Positions 43,220-51,679 of a DNA stretch of 51,794 nucleotides are shown here, one piece after another. Both the position numbers and the translations under genes were made by a program. The notes under the pieces are model-generated. The model ran no database searches, was not told where the DNA came from, and worked only from the letters and a program-made list of their open reading frames with translations. This stretch comes from Actinomycetota bacterium (GTDB taxonomy: Bacteria > Actinomycetota > CADDZG01 > JAHWKV01 > JAOPZY01), in NCBI GenBank assembly GCA_050693695.1, contig JBOGWM010000282.1, forward strand, positions 1 to 51,794, read 5' to 3'. The first letter of the stretch is position 1, and the number at the start of each line of letters is the position of its first letter.

Positions 43220-43229
43220 GAATGCATTC
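43220..43229. promoter_or_regulatory. 10-bp perfect palindrome GAATGCATTC upstream of the brnT-like gene, with a related half-repeat GAATGCGAAT across its start codon
   Basis: Read directly from the sequence. It lies in an AT-rich 80-nt spacer. The second copy is at 43270-43279. It is a possible antitoxin operator. Confidence 0.3.
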
Positions 43230-43271
43230 GTATCATATTCGCAATACATACGTGCTACGCTTACCGAGTGA

Positions 43272-44012
43272 ATGCGAATCGACGAGCTGTTTTGGGACGA
43301 GGACAACGAAGAGCACATCGCCGCCCATGGAGTCACCATCGAGGAGGTGGAAGCAGCTATCTTCGATCGGGCCTCGATCGCCCTCCGGACGACCGGGCCC
43401 AGTGGCCAGCCGCGCCAGGTCTTTCTCGGTCAGTCTGACGCCGGGCGTTATCTCTTCATCGTCCTGGAGCCGGTACATGCACACCTCTCCCGGCCGGTCA
43501 CCGCACGAGACATGACCGACGGCGAGAAGACCCGATACAAGAGGAGAGGAGATGAGATGGAGAAGCATATTCCACGCTTCGGGAGTAGAGAAGAGGAGGC
43601 CAAGTTCTGGGCTGAGACGGGCATTGAGGACCTCGCCTCAGGGCAGGTTGAGGAGGCAGAGATCGAGCGCCCCGAGCGACCCTCGACGACCACCTTCGCG
43701 GTCAGGCTCGACCGCAAGACGGTTTCCCTGCTACGAGAGGTGGCGAAAGCCTACAACCTCGGCGTCACCCAGCTGGTGCGCTCCTGGATGCTGGAACGGC
43801 TCAAGCTGGAGCAGCAGGCAGGAGTCCTGGCGCATCTGAGGTACGCTTTCCCCGCCGACTTCGAGCTCGCCGTGCGAAAGAAGGTAGTACAGACGGCCAT
43901 GGCACACGTGGTGGAGATCGCCGAGGGGGCCCTGGAAGAACTGGGCAGCCGCTTCGAGTCGGAGGTGGAGCTCACCCGGGAAGGTTGTAAGCAAACCTCA
44001 GTTCAGCGGTAG
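43272..44012 (+). CDS. BrnT-like (DUF497) toxin domain fused in frame to a BrnA-like RHH antitoxin domain
   Basis: Residues 1-90 read ELFWDEDNEEHIAAHGVTIEEVE..IF....R....GQSDAGRYLFIVLE....RPVTARDMT..E...Y, the DUF497 pattern. Residues 96-185 read MEKHIP..SREEEAKFWAETG...TTFAVRLDRKTVSLLREVAKAYNLGVTQLVRSWMLERL, the BrnA pattern. No stop codon separates the two domains. Confidence 0.7.
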   Translation: MRIDELFWDEDNEEHIAAHGVTIEEVEAAIFDRASIALRTTGPSGQPRQVFLGQSDAGRYLFIVLEPVHAHLSRPVTARDMTDGEKTRYKRRGDEMEKHIPRFGSREEEAKFWAETGIEDLASGQVEEAEIERPERPSTTTFAVRLDRKTVSLLREVAKAYNLGVTQLVRSWMLERLKLEQQAGVLAHLRYAFPADFELAVRKKVVQTAMAHVVEIAEGALEELGSRFESEVELTREGCKQTSVQR

Positions 44013-44213
44013 GCAAGGTCCTTCGAGCTCGTTGATGAAGGCGCCGAGAGACCCGGCCACGATCGCCGATGCGAAGGCGATGATGAACAGCGTGATGAGG
44101 GCCTTTCGAAGCCTGCTTTCCCGAGGAAGGTGAGAGCCGTAGTAGAACGTCACGAAAGCAACGGCGGTGGCGAGCATGGGAGAGATCCAACCGACATGCT
44201 CTTTCCACTCCAT
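43998..44213 (-). CDS. Possible small two-TM membrane protein (start unresolved)
   Basis: The C-terminal 71 aa of track ORF 43998-44648 read MEWKEHVGWISPMLATAVAFVTFYYG...ALITLFIIAFASAIVAGSLGAF. The upstream part of the ORF looks non-coding. Confidence 0.3.
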   Translation of the reverse strand: MEWKEHVGWISPMLATAVAFVTFYYGSHLPRESRLRKALITLFIIAFASAIVAGSLGAFINELEGPCLPLN

Positions 44214-44510
44214 GCCGAACTCGTGCCACTGCTTGAGGCCGACGTCCGCCTCCAGAAGGCGCTGAGGGAAAGCTTCTAGGCCCGATGCCGTTACCGCTAC
44301 AGGGGTCGGGTGCGGGGGCCCGGTATCCAGCAGGGTCGTCTTTCTTCGGCCCAAGGGTTCGACCTCTTTCACCTCGATGAAGGCGGTGCCGGGGATCGAG
44401 GAAGCCCCGGGGGCTCCGGTGCAGGTAGCTCCTCCCCCCGACCCCCAGCAAGGGCGAGGTCTTGGGGGCGCTTCCAGCCGCTCAAGGGGAACTACGGCTG
44501 AGTTGAGGTC

Positions 44511-44539
44511 TTGACAAAGAGTAGGTCCTTCGCTAGAAA
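44511..44539 (+). promoter_or_regulatory. Sigma-70-type promoter candidate for the LTD gene
   Basis: TTGACA (44511-44516), an exact 17-nt spacer, then TAGAAA (44534-44539). The SD GAGAGGAG at 44561-44568 precedes the ATG at 44575. Confidence 0.5.
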
Positions 44540-44574
44540 TAAAGGAGCAGTGGTTCACTGAGAGGAGATGTGTC

Positions 44575-45435
44575 ATGGCAACTGCTGTAATTTCGGGTAC
44601 CTGGCCAAGCATGAGCGCGTCCCCTCCCAACCTCAACGGCCTGGGCACTGAGCACCTCAGGTGGGGGGTCCCGGCCGGTGGTGGTGGGCAGAGCGGCTAT
44701 CGCTTTGGAGGAGGCACCGTTCCGGTGATGCTCGACGGCAGCGAGTTCACGCTCGGCACCTTCACTCATGAGAACTTCCCGGTACAGGGATTCTCGCCGA
44801 GCCAGTTCGACGTGGACCTCAAGGTAAACGTGGCGTTCGATGAGGGAAACCTCGAGCGGGCGTTCAGCTTCCGCTTTCACCACAACGAGACCCCCAACAC
44901 GGGACCGACACCGGACGACGAGGTCGATCTCCCGACCCTGCAGTCGCCCGAGACCGTGATCATCGACGGCAGCGAGTACGCGGTCATGATCAGTGGGTTC
45001 AAGCAGAACGGCCAGATCGTCACGAAGTTCATCAGCGCCGAGAACGGCGCCAACCGCGCCGACATCGTCGCCAAGCTCGTGCTGGTGGGCAAGCCGGACG
45101 TCGTCATCACCAACGTCCACTTCAAGGGCGTGAAGCCCAATCAGCCCGACGAGTACATCGAGATCATCAACCGTGGCACCGCACCGGCGGACATCTCCGG
45201 ATGGCTCCTTCACGCGGACGACGGGGGCCAGGACTTCAGGTTCCCGGCCGGATTGGTGCTCAAGCCGGGTCAGAGCATCCGCATCTACACCAACGAGACA
45301 CATCCCGACACGGGCGGCTTCTCGTACGGCATCAAGCGGCCGATCTGGAACAACAAGGGTGACCTCGCCCGTCTTCAGAACACCGGCGGAGAGATGGTGT
45401 CGCAGTACGGCTACGGAGAAAGGGCGCTGCCCTGA
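44575..45435 (+). CDS. Lamin-tail-domain (LTD) protein with an unassigned beta-rich N-terminal domain
   Basis: The C-terminus DEYIEIINRGTAPADISGWLL....G..FRFP.G..L.PGQSIRIYT...........IWNNKGDLARLQN.GGEMV is an LTD signature. The N-terminal LGTFTHENFPV...FSFRFHHNETPN resembles choice-of-anchor-type domains, but this recollection is weak. Confidence 0.75.
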   Translation: MATAVISGTWPSMSASPPNLNGLGTEHLRWGVPAGGGGQSGYRFGGGTVPVMLDGSEFTLGTFTHENFPVQGFSPSQFDVDLKVNVAFDEGNLERAFSFRFHHNETPNTGPTPDDEVDLPTLQSPETVIIDGSEYAVMISGFKQNGQIVTKFISAENGANRADIVAKLVLVGKPDVVITNVHFKGVKPNQPDEYIEIINRGTAPADISGWLLHADDGGQDFRFPAGLVLKPGQSIRIYTNETHPDTGGFSYGIKRPIWNNKGDLARLQNTGGEMVSQYGYGERALP

Positions 45436-45471
45436 TCGCGGCTGCTCTGAAATCGAAGGGCCAGTCCAGGG

Positions 45472-48400
45472 CTAGTCCACCGTCGAGGGGCCGAAGACCG
45501 TGCGCAGCTCGGCGTAGAGGCCGTTTCGCAGCTCCACCGAGTAGCCTCCGCCGAGCCTGAGCACGGTGGTCTTGTCCCCGTTGCCCAGATGCAATAGCAC
45601 CGGCGAGGGGCCCGGGTGGGAAGAGAGCACCCCCTTGAGCTGCTCGATGCGGCCGGGAGTGCAGACGGAAACCGGGAGCCGGATACGAAGCGGGGTGGCG
45701 GCGCCTGACAGGTCGGGGGCGACGACCTCGCTGACCACGAGCTTGCACGCGTCGTCCTTGCGATCCAACCTGCCCTTGAGCAGGAGGATCCGGTCCAGCT
45801 CGAGCAACTCGGGCGCGGTGGCTTTCACCGTCTGAGGGAAGAAGATCACCTCCAGCGACCCTTTCATGTCCTCGAGGGTCCCGAGCATCATCAGCTCTCC
45901 TCGGCGGGTGAACCTGCGCTCGAGGCGGGTCAGGATCCCGCCCACGGTGCGTGTCTCTCCTTCTCGCCCCTCGGCAAGGTCCGCGATCTCCGCATCCGCC
46001 TGGTAGCGGAGGGCGGAAGCGAGGTCCGCGAGAGGGTGCTCGGATACATAGAAGCCAAGCATCTCCTTCTCCGCCGCCAACAGGACCGAGCGAGGGATCC
46101 CCGAGCCGGGCCGAAGCGCCGGGGCGGAGGGCGCCGGGGAGGCCCCGGCGAAGACGACCGGCGCAGGGCTCTCGGGGGAGGCGGCGAAGAGCGAGAACTG
46201 ACCCGCGTCCTCGGAGCGCCTCTCGGCCAGGACGCATTCGATGGCCTCGATCGCCGGTTTGCTGAGGACCAAGCCGGCGCCCTTGGGATCGGGGGCCAGC
46301 AGGCTGGAGCGTTCGATGCCCAGGGAGTCGAAGGCGCCGGCCTTAGCCAGGCTCTCCACCACCTTCTTGTTGAGCACGCCCGCCTCCACCCTCTTGCTGA
46401 AGTCATGAAACGAGACGAAGGGGCCCTTGCTGCGCCGAGCCTGGAGGATCCGCTCCGCCACCGCTGCGCCCACGTTTCTGATGGCCGAGAGGCCGAAGAG
46501 AACCTCCTCTCCCCGGCAGGTGAAGTCCAGGTCCGAGGAGTTCACGTCTGGAGGAAGCACCCGGATCCCCAGGATGCGGCACTCCGCCAGGTAAATGGGC
46601 ATCTTATCGGCGTTGGTCTTGACCGAGGTCAGCAGCGCGGCGAGGTACTCGACCGGGTAGTGCGCCTTCAGCCACGCGGTCTGATACGCGATGAGAGCGT
46701 AGCCACTGGCGTGGGCCCGGTTGAAGGAATATCCCGCGAAGGGCCGGATCAGCTCCCAGAGCCCCTCCGACTCCTCCCGGGTGAGTCCCGAGACGCCACA
46801 GCCCTGATCGAAGGAGGTCCTGGCCTTGGCCAGCACCTCCACCTTCTTCTTGGCGATGGCGTAGCGGGCCATCTCCGCATCCTCGGCCGAGAAGCCCGCC
46901 ACCGCCTGAAGGATGGCGGTGACCTGCTCCTGGTAGACGATGACTCCGTTGGTGTCGGTGAGCACGGGCTCGACGAGGGGATGGAAGTAGGTGATCGAAG
47001 AGGGCTCGTGCTTTCCCTTGACATAGCGAGGGATCTCGTCCATCGGACCCGGCCGGTAGAGGGCGATCAGAGCTGCGATCTCCTCGAAGCGGTCGGGCCG
47101 GAGGGAGCGAAGAAGCTTCGTCATCCCCGGAGACTCCATCTGAAAGATGCCCGACGAGCTCGCCCTCTGGAGGAGCGTGAAAACCTCGGGGTCATCCAGG
47201 GCGACGGCATCGATGTCCACCTCGGTCCCCCGGTTGGACCGGATGTGGGCCAGCGCGTCCTCGATCACGGTCAGGTTGCGCAGGCCGAGGAAATCCATCT
47301 TCAACAGGCCGATGGCCTCCACCGCCTGCATCTCGTACTGGGTGACCACTTCCCCTTCGGCTTCGCTCCCCTGCGCCCTGCGACGCTGGCGGGCGTCCTC
47401 GGGGTGGACGCCTTCGGTGGCGAGAGCGGCTCGCACCTCACCCCTCGTGCGCTGCAGAGGAAGGTGGTGCACGAGGGGGTCTCGCCCGATCACGACGCCG
47501 GCGGCGTGGATGGAATGCTGGCGACGCAACCCTTCCAGCTTGCGGGCTGTGTCGATCACCTGACGAGAGACCTCATCGTCCTCGTAGGCTTTCCGAAGCT
47601 CCGAGGCGGCGGTATGGGCATCGTTGCGTCCCGCTCCCCGGGGCCATTCCACCGACTTCTCGAAGCACGCCTCGAAAGGAGCCTCCTTGCCGAGGATGCT
47701 GGGAGGATACATCTTGGCCAGGCGATCCCCGATGGAGTAGGGAAGCCCGAGGACCCGCGCGGCATCCCGGATCGCGGCCTTGGCCTTGATGGTGGAGAAG
47801 GTAATAATCTGGGCCACCCGCTCCTCGCCGTAGCGCTCGGTCACGTAGCGGATGACCTCACCCCGCCGACGCTCGTCGAAGTCGATGTCGATATCGGGCA
47901 TCTGGCGCCGTCCCGGGTTCAGGAAGCGCTCGAACGCGAGCTTCCAGCGGAGGGGGTCGAGCTCGGTGATCCCGAGAGCGTAAGCGACGATCGAGCCGCC
48001 GACCGATCCCCTCCCCGGGCCGACCCGGATCCCCGATCGCTTGGCCCAGGAGACGAAGTCGGCAACGATCAGGAAATAGCCCGGATACCCCATCTGCTCG
48101 ATCACCGACAACTCGTAGGCGTACCGCTCCTCGATCTCGGCGGTGACATCCGGGTAGCGCCGCCGGATACCCTCCTCGGTGAGCCTGCGCAGGTGCGACT
48201 CCAGCGTCTCGCCTTCGGGGACGTCGAACTGAGGCAAGAGCATCCGGTAAAGCTCGATGCTGGTTTCACACCGCTCCCCCACCATGAGGGTGTTCTCGAT
48301 CGCCTCGGGGTACTCGGGGAAGGCGGAGGACATCTCCTGCCGGCTCTTGAGGTAGAACTGATCGGTGTCGAAGCGCATCCGGTTGGTGTCGGCGAGCTCC

Positions 48401-49086
48401 TTGCCGGTCTGGATGCAGAGCAGGATGTCGTGGGCCCCGGCGTCCTCCCGATGGGTGTAGTGGGAATCGTTGGTTGCGACCAGAGGGATGCCCAGCTCGG
48501 CTCCGATCGCGGCGATCTCGGCGTTGAGTCCCGGCTGCTGGGCGAGCCCCTGGTTCTGGATCTCGAGAAAGTAGCGGTCCCCAAAGATCTCCCGGTACTC
48601 GGCGGCCACCCGGCGCCCTTCCTCGCGCTGGCCGGCCAGCAGGACCTTGGGCAGCTCCGCCGAGAGGCACCCCGACAGCACCACCAGTCCCTCCGAGAAC
48701 TTCGCCATCAGCTCCTTGTCGATACGGGGACGGCGGGAGCGGGGATCGTAGCCCTCCAGGAACCCCAGAGAGGAGAGCTGCATCAGGTTGCGATAGCCGG
48801 CCTCATCGGCGGCCATCATGGTGAGGTGGTGGTAAGCGTCCTCTCGATTCGCGGGCCGGTCGAACCGGCTTCGAGGGGCCACATAGGCCTCCATCCCAAT
48901 GATGGGTTTCACTCCCGCCGCCTTGCCCTCGAGATAGAAGGGAATGGCCCCGTACATGACCCCGTGGTCGGTCAGGGCGATGGCCGGCATGCCAAGCTCT
49001 TTGGCGCGAGCGAACATCTCGGAGATCCGGCTGGCGCCGTCCAGCATGGAATATTCGGAGTGCGAGTGAAGATGTACGAAACTCAA
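45472..49086 (-). CDS. dnaE: DNA polymerase III alpha subunit
   Basis: PHP domain FVHLHSHSEYSMLDG, polymerase core, and C-terminal OB and tau-binding regions. The start is placed at TTG 49086 (MSFVHLH...) because codons upstream lose the GC3 bias. The track ORF extends to 49278. Confidence 0.9.
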   Translation of the reverse strand: MSFVHLHSHSEYSMLDGASRISEMFARAKELGMPAIALTDHGVMYGAIPFYLEGKAAGVKPIIGMEAYVAPRSRFDRPANREDAYHHLTMMAADEAGYRNLMQLSSLGFLEGYDPRSRRPRIDKELMAKFSEGLVVLSGCLSAELPKVLLAGQREEGRRVAAEYREIFGDRYFLEIQNQGLAQQPGLNAEIAAIGAELGIPLVATNDSHYTHREDAGAHDILLCIQTGKELADTNRMRFDTDQFYLKSRQEMSSAFPEYPEAIENTLMVGERCETSIELYRMLLPQFDVPEGETLESHLRRLTEEGIRRRYPDVTAEIEERYAYELSVIEQMGYPGYFLIVADFVSWAKRSGIRVGPGRGSVGGSIVAYALGITELDPLRWKLAFERFLNPGRRQMPDIDIDFDERRRGEVIRYVTERYGEERVAQIITFSTIKAKAAIRDAARVLGLPYSIGDRLAKMYPPSILGKEAPFEACFEKSVEWPRGAGRNDAHTAASELRKAYEDDEVSRQVIDTARKLEGLRRQHSIHAAGVVIGRDPLVHHLPLQRTRGEVRAALATEGVHPEDARQRRRAQGSEAEGEVVTQYEMQAVEAIGLLKMDFLGLRNLTVIEDALAHIRSNRGTEVDIDAVALDDPEVFTLLQRASSSGIFQMESPGMTKLLRSLRPDRFEEIAALIALYRPGPMDEIPRYVKGKHEPSSITYFHPLVEPVLTDTNGVIVYQEQVTAILQAVAGFSAEDAEMARYAIAKKKVEVLAKARTSFDQGCGVSGLTREESEGLWELIRPFAGYSFNRAHASGYALIAYQTAWLKAHYPVEYLAALLTSVKTNADKMPIYLAECRILGIRVLPPDVNSSDLDFTCRGEEVLFGLSAIRNVGAAVAERILQARRSKGPFVSFHDFSKRVEAGVLNKKVVESLAKAGAFDSLGIERSSLLAPDPKGAGLVLSKPAIEAIECVLAERRSEDAGQFSLFAASPESPAPVVFAGASPAPSAPALRPGSGIPRSVLLAAEKEMLGFYVSEHPLADLASALRYQADAEIADLAEGREGETRTVGGILTRLERRFTRRGELMMLGTLEDMKGSLEVIFFPQTVKATAPELLELDRILLLKGRLDRKDDACKLVVSEVVAPDLSGAATPLRIRLPVSVCTPGRIEQLKGVLSSHPGPSPVLLHLGNGDKTTVLRLGGGYSVELRNGLYAELRTVFGPSTVD

Positions 49087-49108
49087 CCGGCCCCCACGGA
49101 TCCCTCGG

Positions 49109-49129
49109 CCCGCGGGTAAGACCCGCGGG
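49109..49129. promoter_or_regulatory. 8-bp all-GC hairpin in the dnaE 5' region
   Basis: CCCGCGGG, loop taaga, then CCCGCGGG. It lies 23-43 nt upstream of the proposed dnaE start. Confidence 0.3.
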
Positions 49130-49220
49130 GTGCCCAGACGGGGAAGATACCGAACTACACTCCTGTAACTCCAGGCATCATACGCCGCCCGACCGGGCGG
49201 CGGCAAGATGGCGGCCTCCT

Positions 49221-49478
49221 TTGACTTTGACCGGCCCGTGCAGAAGGCCAGCCGGGCGCCGACCTCCGCCATCGACACCTGCCGGCCCCGGCCACCCGGC
49301 CTGGACGGGCGTCGTCCTCTACGCCGGCGCCGCCATGGTCGGCTACGTCGTCGCCCCGTCCTTGTCGCTCGCGGTGTTCGTGGCCCTGCCCATCTTCTAC
49401 GGGATCACCAGCGTCGGGGTCGCCGAGCTCGAGAGGCAGGAGCGGCGAGTGAGGGGCGGAGCCGGGAGTGGACGGTGA
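49221..49478 (+). CDS. Possible small membrane protein (85 aa or shorter)
   Basis: GC3 is very high from about nt 49290 onward. The hydrophobic hairpin is AWTGVVLYAGAAMVGYVVAPSLSLAVFVALPIFYGI. An internal ATG lies at 49335. No family was recognised. Confidence 0.35.
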   Translation: MTLTGPCRRPAGRRPPPSTPAGPGHPAWTGVVLYAGAAMVGYVVAPSLSLAVFVALPIFYGITSVGVAELERQERRVRGGAGSGR

Positions 49479-49535
49479 GTCACGCCGGCCACCCCGACTA
49501 CGCCTCCAGTTCCGCAGGCGATTCGGGTGAGCGCT

Positions 49536-50459
49536 TCAATGGGCGCCCGTCAGGCACCGGGCCTTTGCCAGCGCTTTTTCCAACTCGGGCGGCAGGGGCT
49601 CCTCCACGTTCACCTCTTCTCCTGATATGGGATGTACGAACCGCAGCCGGGCGGCGTGGAGGAAGGGCCTTCCAAGCCCCAGCTCCCCCGCCAGGGGGCG
49701 GGTCCTCTTCCCATAGACGGGATCTCCGACGATCGGGTGCCCGATGTGAGCGAAGTGGACGCGGATCTGGTGGGTGCGTCCGGTCAACAGGGCGGCCTCG
49801 ATGAGGCAAGCGCGACCCAATCCCTCCCGCACCCGGAAGTCGGTGATCGCCTCCCGCCCGCCGGCGGTGACGCCCATCATGGTGCGGGCCTGCGGCAGGC
49901 GGCCGATGGGAGCCTCGATGCGGCCGGTCGGCAGCCGGAAGACGCCGGCCACCAGAGCCAGGTAGAGACGTTGAATCCTCCGGGCGGCCATGTCAGATCC
50001 GAGGGCATCGTAGGCTCGATCGCTCTTGGCCACGACCAGCAGGCCGGAGGTGTACTTGTCGAGGCGGTGAACGATCCCGGGGCGCCGGGCCCCCCCGGCA
50101 CCGGCCAGCGACATCCGAGCCGCGAGGGCTTCCACCAGGGTGTCTCCCAGCGTGCCCGGGGCCGGGTGGATCACCACCCCTGCGGGCTTGGCCACAACCG
50201 CCAGATCCTCGTCCTCGTAGCGGACCTCGAAGGTCGCGGGGCGGGGGGTCGGAGAGTCCTGGAGCCGAAGACGCACGTCCACCGACTGGCCGGCCCGCAG
50301 GCGCAGCGACCTCCGGGCGGCCGCCCCGTCCACCACCACCAAGCCCTCGGCGATCAGCCGCTGGGCATCGCTTCGCGATAGGCCGGCCGCTTCCGCCAAC
50401 CAGGCGTCGATCCTACACCCCGCACTCTCCGGGCCGACCTCCACAGAACCCCCCATCAC
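49536..50459 (-). CDS. rluD: RluA/RluD-family 23S rRNA pseudouridine synthase
   Basis: N-terminal S4 domain (RIDAWLAE...SRSDAQRLI..G.V.VDG) and catalytic HRLDKYTSGLLVVAK. The start overlaps the lspA stop. Confidence 0.85.
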   Translation of the reverse strand: MMGGSVEVGPESAGCRIDAWLAEAAGLSRSDAQRLIAEGLVVVDGAAARRSLRLRAGQSVDVRLRLQDSPTPRPATFEVRYEDEDLAVVAKPAGVVIHPAPGTLGDTLVEALAARMSLAGAGGARRPGIVHRLDKYTSGLLVVAKSDRAYDALGSDMAARRIQRLYLALVAGVFRLPTGRIEAPIGRLPQARTMMGVTAGGREAITDFRVREGLGRACLIEAALLTGRTHQIRVHFAHIGHPIVGDPVYGKRTRPLAGELGLGRPFLHAARLRFVHPISGEEVNVEEPLPPELEKALAKARCLTGAH

Positions 50460-50947
50460 ACTTTACGAAGCCGGATCTCGGCCGCCAGGAGTAGCCCGAC
50501 GCCGAGCACGATCGCCATGTCCGCGAAGTTGAACGTGGGCCAGAAGGAGAAGTCGATGAAGTCCACCACCCGGCCCCGCATCGGGCCCGGGGGCTGGAGG
50601 AGCCGGTCGATGAAGTTCCCCAGCCCTCCCCCGGCGATGAGCCCGAGGGCGACCGGATACTGCCCGGAACGCCAGCCCCAGATGAGCACCCCCACCACGA
50701 TCAACGCAGAGGCGGCGAAGAAGACCAACGGGGCCCGGGAAAGGACGCCGAAGGCGCCCCCGGGGTTTCGGACGAGGCGAAAGCCGAAGATCTCTCCCAG
50801 CACCGCCACCCTGCGACCACCCTCCAGAACATCTCCCGCGATCGCCTTGGCCACCTGGTCCACCACGACAGCGACGATGGTGACGACAAGAAGCCGGGCG
50901 TGGGTCCGCGGGAGCGTCGCTACCGACGCTCCTCCGCCTTCTTGCAT
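50456..50947 (-). CDS. lspA: Lipoprotein signal peptidase II
   Basis: Four TM segments, with VRNPGGAFG and WPTFNFADMAI (catalytic Asp motifs). Confidence 0.85.
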   Translation of the reverse strand: MQEGGGASVATLPRTHARLLVVTIVAVVVDQVAKAIAGDVLEGGRRVAVLGEIFGFRLVRNPGGAFGVLSRAPLVFFAASALIVVGVLIWGWRSGQYPVALGLIAGGGLGNFIDRLLQPPGPMRGRVVDFIDFSFWPTFNFADMAIVLGVGLLLAAEIRLRKV

Positions 50948-51360
50948 CGAATGCAGAGCGAGACATACGGGAGCGCCTTCACCCGGGAGACGTCGATTGG
51001 CTTCTGGCAGAACTCGCAGAGCCCATAGGTGCCGAGCTCGATCTTGTGAAGGGCCTTGTCGATCTTGTCGAGGAGGTCCGAGAGGTTGTTGGCGATGGAG
51101 AGGTCCTTCTCGCGCTCGAAGGTGAACGAGCCCGCATCCGCAGGATCCTCATCGTAGGAGACTTCACCCGACATCTCCGATTGGGAAAGGTGAAAGGTCC
51201 CCTCCTCGATCTCATGAAGCTGGCGAGAAAGCTCCTCTTTCTGGTCGAGGAGGCTCTTGATGACCGCCTGAAGCTCCTCCGAGGAAAAGGGCTCGACATC
51301 CCGAGAGGGCCCGGCATCGACCGCCTTCTTGGGATCCGATTCGCTCGTCTTCCTGGCCAT
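50920..51360 (-). CDS. DksA/TraR-family C4 zinc-finger protein
   Basis: Coiled-coil N-terminus and C-terminal GLCEFCQKPI....R....P....C..C. Its position upstream of lspA-rluD is as in actinobacterial genomes. Confidence 0.8.
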   Translation of the reverse strand: MARKTSESDPKKAVDAGPSRDVEPFSSEELQAVIKSLLDQKEELSRQLHEIEEGTFHLSQSEMSGEVSYDEDPADAGSFTFEREKDLSIANNLSDLLDKIDKALHKIELGTYGLCEFCQKPIDVSRVKALPYVSLCIRCKKAEERR

Positions 51361-51679
51361 ATTGAACTCGGTCTACCCCCGATAGATGAGCCTGACATGG
51401 AGGGTTCGGAGGGATCTTTCCGGTCGATGGGAAGCATTCTACCGAGAAGCCGAGGAACCGTAGCACGTCGTCTTTCCCGAGTCAATCTCCTGATGGACTT
51501 TCCAGGCCGGACGGGCCACCTTCTTCCGGGCAACTCCCGCCTCGCATCATCCTTATGGTGGGCGCCGCGCTCGGCGTGGATCGGCCGTCGATCATCCCTG
51601 GCCGGGCTTCTGGGAGGGGCCGGGGAAGGGCCTGCCCCGCCCCCGCCGGCTAGATGCCGAGCGAGGGCTGGTTTTGAGG

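Noticed and set aside
47345-47450. Possible intein or mobile insertion in dnaE (extra segment …EVRAALATEGVHPEDARQRRRAQGSEAEGEV…)
   Set aside because: The segment is only about 25-30 extra residues of charged, low-complexity sequence. It has no intein splicing motifs, such as an N-terminal Cys/Ser block, a homing-endonuclease domain or a C-terminal HN-C/S/T. It is most likely a lineage-specific loop.
46036-49119. 1027-aa plus-strand ORF antisense to dnaE
   Set aside because: This is a shadow ORF with low-complexity Gly/Arg/Asp/Leu composition and no motifs. The dnaE frame is unambiguous.
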